A DNA stretch of 64,000 nucleotides, from the NCBI GenBank assembly GCA_947373105.1, contig CANBWK010000004.1:1400-65399 (forward strand). The letters run 5' to 3'. The position numbers were made by a program, and so were the translations under genes. The notes under the pieces are model-generated. The model was given only the letters and a program-made list of their open reading frames with translations. It had not been told where the DNA came from and did not search any database. Within the stretch, counting starts at the first letter, position 1. Each line of letters starts with the position of its first letter. This DNA is from Comamonadaceae bacterium (GTDB taxonomy: Bacteria; Pseudomonadota; Gammaproteobacteria; Burkholderiales; Burkholderiaceae_C). Below, in pieces: positions 22,430 through 30,675 of this stretch.

Positions 22430-22939
22430 CCGCCCATTGTAGGAACTACTGCAATACCGCACCAAGCGCATTCAGCTCAATGCATTTGGTACTCGGAAGA
22501 TGACACGCAGGCCTGTGCCAAAGCACTGGCCCATTGCCCTGCCATTCGCAATGCCTACATTGAATTGCAGGGCAATTTAGGGGCTGGAAAAACCACACTG
22601 GTCAGGCATCTCTTGCGGGCCTTGGGTGTGGAGGGGCGCATCAAAAGCCCGACGTATGCGGTGGTAGAACCCCACGAGGCAGGCGACCTGGCCATCTGGC
22701 ATTTCGATTTTTACCGATTCAACGACCCGCAGGAATGGGAAGATGCTGGTTTTCGAGACCTCTTTGCCAGCCAAGGTCTTAAACTGGTCGAGTGGCCCAG
22801 TCAAGCTGCCGGGATGCTGCCTACACCTGACTTGACCATCGCCATCGAATTGACGGCGCAAGACACACGAAAGGTCTATTTTTCGGCTGCAACCGATGCC
22901 GGATCGACCTTGATGAAGGCATTGCCCCATGCCCTTTAA
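22409..22939 (+). CDS. tsaE: t6A biosynthesis ATPase TsaE (start codon uncertain)
   Basis: LQGNLGAGKTT, IKSPTYAVVE, HFDFYR, LVEWP; lies between queG and the amidase. Confidence 0.9.
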   Translation: MSTNNSHPPIVGTTAIPHQAHSAQCIWYSEDDTQACAKALAHCPAIRNAYIELQGNLGAGKTTLVRHLLRALGVEGRIKSPTYAVVEPHEAGDLAIWHFDFYRFNDPQEWEDAGFRDLFASQGLKLVEWPSQAAGMLPTPDLTIAIELTAQDTRKVYFSAATDAGSTLMKALPHAL

Positions 22940-24281
22940 GCGACAGGCACCCAGCGACCTGCATCGCCGCAAACTTATACATGCGGGCCTTGCGGTACTG
23001 ATGCTCGGCAGTGCGGATTTGTCTTGGGGCGCCAGCATGCTGGCCGTGCGAATCTGGCCTTCAGCAGATTACACACGTGTCACGCTCGAATCTGATATCC
23101 CTTTGCAAGCCAGTCAAACCCTTCTGGCCTCACCACCGCGATTGGCCATCGACATTCAAGGCCTCGAGCTGAACAATGCACTGCGCGAATTGGTAGGCAA
23201 AGTACTTTCGGACGACCCCAATATTGCCGGGGTTCGGGTCGGGCAATACAGCCCTGGTGTGGTGCGCTTGGTGATTGACCTTAAACGCGAGATTGCACCC
23301 CAAGTTTTTTCACTCAACCCTGTGGCCGCCTACCACCATCGATTGGTCTTGGACCTTTACCCTTCTGTTGCAATCGATCCCTTAGAGGCCCTGATCGCCG
23401 AGCGTATGCAAAGCATGACATCGACGCCTAAAAGCACCTCAAGCCTCCAGGCAGACCCATTGGGAGAGCTTATTACCAGGCAGTCCGGTAAATCAGCCTT
23501 GCCGCTCCCAAGCTCACCGCCGGTCAGCACATCGCCCAACATAGCGCCAAGCAAAACGGACCGCTTGATCGTCATTGCCTTAGATCCCGGCCACGGCGGG
23601 GAGGACCCAGGTGCGGTCGGCCCCAATGGCACTCAAGAAAAAGAAGTGGTTCTGCAAATAGCCCATCGCCTAAAGGATCGCATCAACGCCTCCAGCATGA
23701 ATGGCAGCCCCATGCGGGCCTTTCTGACACGAGATTCGGACTTTTTTGTACCTTTGCACGTCAGGGTGCAAAAGGCACGCAGCGTGCAAGCCGACTTGTT
23801 TGTCAGCATTCACGCCGATGCATTTTTTACACCCCATGCACAAGGTGCCAGCGTGTTTGCGCTGAGCCAAGGGGCGGCTTCCAGCAGTGCCGCCCGATGG
23901 ATGGCAAACCAGGAAAACAAAGCTGATTTGATCGGTGGGGTCAACATCGCCGTGCAAGATGCCCAAGTCAAACGCGCTCTGTTAGACATGAGCACCACCG
24001 CGCAAATCAACGACAGCGTGCTCTTGGGCAACGCGATGTTGCGTGAAATTTCAGGGGTAGGACGCTTGCACAAACCCAAAGTAGAGCAAGCTGGTTTTGC
24101 CGTACTCAAAGCACCCGATATACCCAGCGTATTGGTTGAAACTGCATTCATCAGCAACCCCGACGAAGAAGAAAAATTGCGCAGCACCCTCTATCAAGAG
24201 CATCTGGCCGACGCTTTGATGAGGGGCATCAAAGCTTATTTTGCGCGCAACCCACCCATGGCGCGTCAACGAAACCTCTGA
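22929..24281 (+). CDS. amiC: N-acetylmuramoyl-L-alanine amidase (AMIN + Amidase_3, Tat signal)
   Basis: RR signal, DYTRVTLES AMIN domain, ALDPGHGGEDPGA, FVSIHADA, PSVLVETAFISN. Confidence 0.88.
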   Translation: MPFKRQAPSDLHRRKLIHAGLAVLMLGSADLSWGASMLAVRIWPSADYTRVTLESDIPLQASQTLLASPPRLAIDIQGLELNNALRELVGKVLSDDPNIAGVRVGQYSPGVVRLVIDLKREIAPQVFSLNPVAAYHHRLVLDLYPSVAIDPLEALIAERMQSMTSTPKSTSSLQADPLGELITRQSGKSALPLPSSPPVSTSPNIAPSKTDRLIVIALDPGHGGEDPGAVGPNGTQEKEVVLQIAHRLKDRINASSMNGSPMRAFLTRDSDFFVPLHVRVQKARSVQADLFVSIHADAFFTPHAQGASVFALSQGAASSSAARWMANQENKADLIGGVNIAVQDAQVKRALLDMSTTAQINDSVLLGNAMLREISGVGRLHKPKVEQAGFAVLKAPDIPSVLVETAFISNPDEEEKLRSTLYQEHLADALMRGIKAYFARNPPMARQRNL

Positions 24282-24373
24282 GTTTGGAAAACATAGCATG
24301 CCAGCTTTGTCATGCAAAATTTGCCATATCTCAAGATACCACCGCATAATTCCAAGGATAAAACGAGGACAAG

Positions 24374-25987
24374 GTGACAACCATGCGAGATTATTTCGAA
24401 GCCGTCAGAAATTTTTCGGCAGTTCAACTAGAGAAATCTGTCCTGAAGGGGTCACTGTCCAAAGGTCTTAATGCTTGCGTTGAATGTTGTGACCGCTGGT
24501 CCATGGATGGCGCGGTCGCCTTAGAGTGGTACGGCACCTCTGGTGATCGAAAAACTGTCACTTATGAAAAATTGCGCGATGACAGCGCACGCTTCGCAAA
24601 CTATCTTCAAAGCAAGGGAATCGTCTCCGGTGATGTGATCGCAGGGCTATTGCCTCGAATTCCGGATCTTTTCACAGTCATCCTGGGTGCCTGGCGCATT
24701 GGCGCGATATACCAGCCTTTATTTACCGCCTTTGGTCCAGCAGCTATTGAGAGCCGCGTCACCGCGGTTGGCGGCAGTCACGCGAAGCTGATCGTCACCG
24801 ATGCAACCAATCTGCCCAAGCTTGATGGCGTCCCAGAGTGTCCTGAAAAACTGGTCGTTGGCGACAGCTTCGCTGCGCTTTTGGCTGGGCAATCGGCCGT
24901 CTTTGAGCCTGCCGTGTTGAAAGGAGATACCCCTTTCCTCATGCTGTTTACTTCAGGTACGACGGGCAAACCCAAGGGCGTGCGCTACCCACTGTCATTG
25001 CTCTTGCCGGTATCTTCTTACATGCGCGATGCGGTTGATCTACAGCAACAAGATGCCTACTGGAACGTTGCCGATCCGGGCTGGGCTTATGGCATTCTTT
25101 ACGCTGTCGTTGGACCTTTGCTGCTCGGACAAACAACCACCTTTTACGAAGGTCCTTTCACTGTCGAATCAACTCTGCGCATTTTGCTAGATCGCAAAAT
25201 AACAAACCTTGCGGCTGCCCCGACTGCCTATCGATTGCTGATGGCGGCTGGCGAAGATGCGATGACGCCTATCGCTCATCAATTGCGTGTGGCTTCCAGC
25301 GCAGGCGAACCCCTTAATCCGGAAGTCATTCGCTGGGCAAGTCGAGTGTTGAATTGTCCGCTCGCTGATCATTACGGCCAAACTGAAGTGGGGATGATGA
25401 TCCACAACCATCACGCACTGCAACATACCGTCAAACCCGGCGCTGCAGGTCTGCCCTTGCCAGGCATGAAGCTTGAAATTTTGGACGACCATCTTGTTGT
25501 TCAGCCTCCCAATACACCCGGTGTTCTGGCCGTCGATATCGCGAACTCACCGCTTTACACATTTGCAGGCTACTGGAAAGTAGACACCCAAAATGTGCGA
25601 GAGAACTGGTATATCACCGGGGACACAATGATGAAAGATGAGGACGGACACTTCTTCTTTGTCGGTCGCAATGACGACATCATTACCTCTGCGGGCTACC
25701 GCATTGGTCCCTTTGATGTCGAAAGCGTCGTGATGGAGCACAAGGCCGTTGCCGAAGTCGCCGTCATCGGTAAGCCTGACCCCGTGCGCACAGAAATCGT
25801 CAAAGCGGTCATCGTGCTTAAAACTGGCATTGAAGGCACAGAAGATTTAAAAGCTGAAATACAGCAGATGGTGCGCCAGCGTTTGTCGACGCATGCCTAT
25901 CCCCGGGAAATCGATTTCGTCACATCATTGCCTAAAACACCCAGTGGCAAAATCCAAAGATTCATCCTGCGCGGCGACGCTCGATAA
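24374..25987 (+). CDS. AMP-forming acyl-CoA synthetase (short/medium-chain type)
   Basis: FTSGTTGKPKG, ADPGWAYG, SSAGEPLN, HYGQTE, TGD, SAGYRIGP, PKTPSGKIQR. Confidence 0.9.
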   Translation: MTTMRDYFEAVRNFSAVQLEKSVLKGSLSKGLNACVECCDRWSMDGAVALEWYGTSGDRKTVTYEKLRDDSARFANYLQSKGIVSGDVIAGLLPRIPDLFTVILGAWRIGAIYQPLFTAFGPAAIESRVTAVGGSHAKLIVTDATNLPKLDGVPECPEKLVVGDSFAALLAGQSAVFEPAVLKGDTPFLMLFTSGTTGKPKGVRYPLSLLLPVSSYMRDAVDLQQQDAYWNVADPGWAYGILYAVVGPLLLGQTTTFYEGPFTVESTLRILLDRKITNLAAAPTAYRLLMAAGEDAMTPIAHQLRVASSAGEPLNPEVIRWASRVLNCPLADHYGQTEVGMMIHNHHALQHTVKPGAAGLPLPGMKLEILDDHLVVQPPNTPGVLAVDIANSPLYTFAGYWKVDTQNVRENWYITGDTMMKDEDGHFFFVGRNDDIITSAGYRIGPFDVESVVMEHKAVAEVAVIGKPDPVRTEIVKAVIVLKTGIEGTEDLKAEIQQMVRQRLSTHAYPREIDFVTSLPKTPSGKIQRFILRGDAR

Positions 25988-26002
25988 AAACAGAGACGCC
26001 TT

Positions 26003-26965
26003 ATGACCCTATTGCATCGCACTTTGATCTTAATGGCTTGCTGGCTCGCAGCGCCGTTGGCTTTGAGCCAAATCTACCCTTCTGCGCCCGTCACACTGGT
26101 GGTGCCGTTTGCGGCCGGCAGTGGAACAGATGCCGTGGCCCGCATCGTTGCTAGGAAGCTCAGTGAGCGCCTCAAACAACCCGTTCTGGTCGACAACAAA
26201 GCCGGCGCGAACGCTCAAATTGGCGCCCTGTTGGTCGCCAAAGCCAAGCCTGATGGTTATACCTTGTTGATGTCTACCAATACATCGCATTCCGCCAACC
26301 CAAGCTTGGTTCTCAATCTCAAGTACGACCCGATTAAAGACTTCACGCCGATCACTCGCGTTGGTGAGCTTCCTTTTGCTTTGATCGTCAACAAAAATGA
26401 CCCTGCAAAATCTCTCAAAGAGTGGATTGATCAAGCCAAGCTCAATCCTGGGAAATACGCCTACGCAACACCCAACAGCACATCCTTGGTGGCGTCTGAA
26501 ACCATCAAGCGTATTGCAGGCCTTGATGTCGTCGGGATTCCTTATAAATCAAGTCCCCAAGCACTGACCGATCTCATTGGCGGGTCCATACAAATGTACG
26601 TTACGGATCTGGGCTCAAGCATGGGCATGATCAACTCTGGAGGTGTCCGTGTACTTGGAGTCACCACCAAAGAGCCTCTGAGTTCGATACCTGGAGCACC
26701 CCCCATTGCCACAGTGGTCACAGGTTTTGACCTGACGTCATGGAACGGCATCTTCGGTCCCGCGGGAACGCCGAAAGCGATAGCGGACAAACTGAACATG
26801 GAACTGCAAGAAGTTCTGGCCGACAAGGAAGTGCGCAAGGCACTGAGTCAACTTGGTTTTGAAACCTGGCCAAGCAAAACACCCGAAGAGTTTGCCAAAT
26901 ACGTGGCCGATCAACTCACGCACTGGAGCGCCCTCATCAAGCAGGCCGGGATGATTCCGGAATAA
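26003..26965 (+). CDS. Bug/TctC solute-binding protein
   Basis: VVPFAAGSGTDAVAR, PDGYTLL, atypical YATPNSTS second motif. Confidence 0.88.
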   Translation: MTLLHRTLILMACWLAAPLALSQIYPSAPVTLVVPFAAGSGTDAVARIVARKLSERLKQPVLVDNKAGANAQIGALLVAKAKPDGYTLLMSTNTSHSANPSLVLNLKYDPIKDFTPITRVGELPFALIVNKNDPAKSLKEWIDQAKLNPGKYAYATPNSTSLVASETIKRIAGLDVVGIPYKSSPQALTDLIGGSIQMYVTDLGSSMGMINSGGVRVLGVTTKEPLSSIPGAPPIATVVTGFDLTSWNGIFGPAGTPKAIADKLNMELQEVLADKEVRKALSQLGFETWPSKTPEEFAKYVADQLTHWSALIKQAGMIPE

Positions 26966-26967
26966 AC

Positions 26968-28206
26968 ATGAACGCTGCTTCTGATTCTGTCGGAAACGGC
27001 CCGCTGGCGGGCGTCAAAATTCTCGATCTCACCTCTGTGGTGATGGGACCTTTTGCAACACAGATCCTTGCCCAATTGGGTGCAGAGGTCATCAAGGTGG
27101 AATCCCCAGAAGGCGACAACATGCGCCATGTCGGGCCGATGAATAACCCCGGCATGGGGCATATTTTCTTGAATGCGAATGCAGGCAAAAGAAGTATCGC
27201 CCTGAATCTCAAGCATCCACAAGCATGTGAAGCTGCCTTGAAATTAGCTGAGAGTTGCGACGTCTTCATCAGCAACGTGAGGCCGCAGGCTCTTGCTCGA
27301 TTGGGACTCGACTTCGAATCGGTACAAAAGCGCAACCCGCGCATTATTCATGTCAGTTGCTGCGGCTTTGATCAAGACGGGCCCGATGCAGCCCGGCCTG
27401 CCTACGATGATCTTATCCAAGGTGCGACAGGTGTGCCATGGCTCATGAATCAATATGGAATGCCTGAACCGGCTTATGCCCCCATCACACTGGCTGATCG
27501 CGTGACTGGACTCCACACGGTCTATGCCGTGACGGCTGCACTCTACGCGCGCAGTCAATCGGGAGTGGGTCAGTCCGTCGTAGTGCCTATGTTTGAGGCC
27601 ATGGCGCAGTTCATTTTGGGTGATCACATGGCGGGCCTGACGTTTCAGCCGCCGATTGGCAAACCCGGATACGCGCGCCTGTTAACGCCCCACCGCAAGC
27701 CTTACCTGACGAGTGATGGCATGTTGTGCGTCTTGATTTATAACGACAAGCACTGGAAAAGCTTCTTTGATGCCATTGGCGAGTCAGAAGGCCTGGCCCG
27801 TGACCCCAGGTTTGTGACGCACGGTGCACGTGCCGAACATATTGATGAGGTCTACGCGAAAGTTGCCCACATCTTGCGCACCCGCACCACCGCGCAATGG
27901 CAATTGCTGCTGAATGCTGCTGATGTGCCCAATATGCCAATGAACACGCCAGAAGACTTGCTTTCCAATTCGCAACTGCGTGCTACGGGTTTTGTCAGTG
28001 AAAGCCTTCACCCCAGTGAAGGGCCGATGCACACATTAGCTCACCCGACCAAGTGGTCTGGCACGCCGCCCGCGAGGCGTTTTTCACCCGCACCCAGGCT
28101 GGGCGAGCATACCCGGCAACTCTTGCGTGAAGCTGGTTACTCCGAAGAGAGTATTGACGTCTTGATCCAACAAGGCGCTTGTCGCACTGACGAAAAAAAG
28201 GACTGA
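26968..28206 (+). CDS. Class III CoA-transferase (CaiB/BaiF family)
   Basis: PLAGVKILDLT..VMGP, GAEVIKVESPEGD, NAGKRSIALNLK, PAYDDLIQ, APRLGEHT. Confidence 0.9.
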   Translation: MNAASDSVGNGPLAGVKILDLTSVVMGPFATQILAQLGAEVIKVESPEGDNMRHVGPMNNPGMGHIFLNANAGKRSIALNLKHPQACEAALKLAESCDVFISNVRPQALARLGLDFESVQKRNPRIIHVSCCGFDQDGPDAARPAYDDLIQGATGVPWLMNQYGMPEPAYAPITLADRVTGLHTVYAVTAALYARSQSGVGQSVVVPMFEAMAQFILGDHMAGLTFQPPIGKPGYARLLTPHRKPYLTSDGMLCVLIYNDKHWKSFFDAIGESEGLARDPRFVTHGARAEHIDEVYAKVAHILRTRTTAQWQLLLNAADVPNMPMNTPEDLLSNSQLRATGFVSESLHPSEGPMHTLAHPTKWSGTPPARRFSPAPRLGEHTRQLLREAGYSEESIDVLIQQGACRTDEKKD

Positions 28207-28210
28207 AATA

Positions 28211-29383
28211 ATGCACGTCATGAACTTTACGCCAAGCCCTGTCCAAGCACAAATTCGCGAGGCCATTGAACGTGTGTGTGCGCCGTTCGATGCCGATTAT
28301 TGGATGCGCAAGGACCAGGAGGGCGGATTTCCTGATGACTTTCATCATGCACTTGCTGAATCCGGCTGGCTGGGCATAGCGATGCCCGAAGCATATGGGG
28401 GAGCGGGCTTAGGCATCAGCGAAGCGGCACTCATGATGCACACTATTTCAGCGACAGGCGCTGGTTTTTCAGGTGCATCGGCAGTGCATATGAATATCTT
28501 TGGCTTGCATCCCGTTGTCGTTTTCGGCACCGCCGAGCAAAAACAGCGTTGGTTGCCGCCTTTGATTGCGGGAACAGACCGGGCCTGCTTTGCGGTGACT
28601 GAGCCCAACACGGGCCTGAACACTTTGAAGCTCAAAACATTGGCGGTACGTGACGGTGATCACTATGTCGTGCATGGGCAAAAGGTGTGGATCAGCACGG
28701 CCCAAGTGGCCAACAAGATGCTGTTGTTGGCACGTACAACTCCGATCGAAGAATGTAAGGGCACGGAAGGTTTAAGCCTGTTTTACACCGATATGGACCG
28801 CAGCAAAATGGACGTCCATGAAATAGAAAAAATGGGCCGTAAATGTGTCGATTCCAACCAGGTGTTCATTGATGGCCTGTGCATCCCAGTTGACGATCTG
28901 GTGGGAGAAGAGGGCAAAGGCTTCAGCTACATCTTGCACGGACTTAATCCCGAGCGCATCTTGATTGCAAGTGAAGCCGTGGGCCTGGGTCGCGCAGCAT
29001 TAAAACGCGCAACAGGCTATGCCAATGAAAGGGAAGTTTTTGGCCGCCCGATTGGTCAAAACCAAGGCATCCAGCATCCTCTGGCCAAATCCTGGATGGA
29101 GTTGGAAGCCGCAGACTTGATGGTGCAGAAGGCCGCGTGGTTATATGACCAGAAGTTGAATTGTGCAGTGGAAGCAAACAGCGCAAAGTACCTTGCCGCT
29201 GAAGCCTGCTACCACGCTTGCGAAAATGCGATCTTCACCCATGGCGGCATGGGTTACGCCAAAGAGTATCAAGTGGAGCGGTATTTGCGAGAGTCCTGGA
29301 TTCCCCGCTTGGCGCCCGTCAGCCCCCAACTCATCCTGTGCTTCATCGCAGAAAAAGTACTCGGCCTGCCCAGGTCTTACTGA
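28211..29383 (+). CDS. Acyl-CoA dehydrogenase
   Basis: FAVTEPNTG, GQKVWIS, GLNPERI, REVFGRPIGQNQGIQH, HGGMGYAKEY. Confidence 0.92.
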   Translation: MHVMNFTPSPVQAQIREAIERVCAPFDADYWMRKDQEGGFPDDFHHALAESGWLGIAMPEAYGGAGLGISEAALMMHTISATGAGFSGASAVHMNIFGLHPVVVFGTAEQKQRWLPPLIAGTDRACFAVTEPNTGLNTLKLKTLAVRDGDHYVVHGQKVWISTAQVANKMLLLARTTPIEECKGTEGLSLFYTDMDRSKMDVHEIEKMGRKCVDSNQVFIDGLCIPVDDLVGEEGKGFSYILHGLNPERILIASEAVGLGRAALKRATGYANEREVFGRPIGQNQGIQHPLAKSWMELEAADLMVQKAAWLYDQKLNCAVEANSAKYLAAEACYHACENAIFTHGGMGYAKEYQVERYLRESWIPRLAPVSPQLILCFIAEKVLGLPRSY

Positions 29384-29674
29384 CCTGAGAATGCGCTTAT
29401 GGATTCAAGCTTGTTGCATCTTCTAACAATGAATTAACTCAAAGCCTCTTTTATACGCTTGCGTTAAATGGGGGTCCTATTTCTCAAATGATTTCGATTT
29501 CCCGCAAGTCAGAATCATGAAATCCAAGTGAAAACCCTCGATCTACTGCACTGCTTGGCCGTTTACTATTGAACGCTATGGCGCGGCGTGTTAAACCTGT
29601 CATTGATCGATTTATCACCTCTAGGTAAGTCGGTGCTTGCTTTCTATTTGACCTGAAAACTTGGAAACGGCATT

Positions 29675-30661
29675 ATGTTTTTACTCAAAAAAATCCTCGC
29701 CTTCACACTCTCAGGCGTCACCGCTGCCGCGGCTTTCGTATCCACGTCATCTTTTGCGGCATGGCCCTCGGATCAACCCATCAACATCATTGTTGCTTAC
29801 GCGCCGGGCGGTGGAACAGATATTGTGGCAAGGCAATTGGTGCCTTTTCTGGAAAAAGCGCTTGGCGATGGCGCACGCTTTAACGTGATCAACAAGGGCG
29901 GAGCGGGTGGTGACATCGGATTTGGCGCCATTGCGGCCGCGGCAACTGACGGCTATACCATAGGCTTTATCAATACGCCGCCAGTGATCACCATTCCCAT
30001 AGAACGTAAAACATCTTGGAACCTCAACAGTTTTGAGTTGCTGGGCAATGTCGTAGACGACCCCGGAACTTTTTGCGTACACAACGAAAACTCTATAAAG
30101 AATCTGAATGAATTGGCGGCATTTGCCAGAGCCAATCCCGGTGCTGTTTCGGTCGGAAGTACGGGTGTAGGGTCCGATGACCACTTGGCAATGTTGATGT
30201 TTGAAAAAACAGCTGGCGTCAAAATGACCCACGTCCCCTTCAAAGGATCTGGTGAAACACGTTCCGCCATTATTGGTAAGCACATTACCGTTGCCGCCAT
30301 CAATGTTGGCGAGGCTTTGCAATATATGAAAGGTGGCTCGCCCCTCAGATGCTTGGGTCAAATGACAGCCTCACGAATTTCAATGGCGCCCGATTGGCCT
30401 ACCTTCAAAGAGCAGGGTTATGCATTTGAAATGGCATCCTTGCGCGGCATGGTTGCCCCCAAAGGTTTACCTGTTTCTGTGCGTGATCGGCTGGTGCAAG
30501 GTTTAGAAAAAGCCATCAACGACCCTGGTTTCAAGCAAGCCGCTGAACGCGCCTTCGCGCCGGTCCGATTTTTAACCCCTGCAACCTATGATGCTGAATT
30601 GCGCGCTGGTGATACTTTATTTCGGCAGCTATGGAAAGAAATGCCCTGGACAGATAAATAA
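29675..30661 (+). CDS. Bug/TctC solute-binding protein
   Basis: VAYAPGGGTDIVAR, GSTGVGSDDHL, HVPFKGS. Confidence 0.88.
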   Translation: MFLLKKILAFTLSGVTAAAAFVSTSSFAAWPSDQPINIIVAYAPGGGTDIVARQLVPFLEKALGDGARFNVINKGGAGGDIGFGAIAAAATDGYTIGFINTPPVITIPIERKTSWNLNSFELLGNVVDDPGTFCVHNENSIKNLNELAAFARANPGAVSVGSTGVGSDDHLAMLMFEKTAGVKMTHVPFKGSGETRSAIIGKHITVAAINVGEALQYMKGGSPLRCLGQMTASRISMAPDWPTFKEQGYAFEMASLRGMVAPKGLPVSVRDRLVQGLEKAINDPGFKQAAERAFAPVRFLTPATYDAELRAGDTLFRQLWKEMPWTDK

Positions 30662-30675
30662 CAAAGGTTGACAAC

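Noticed and set aside
24339-24366. CCGCATAAT resembling the XerC arm of dif at the island's left edge
   Set aside because: No XerD arm follows; CATAAT is a plausible -10 for the acyl-CoA synthetase.
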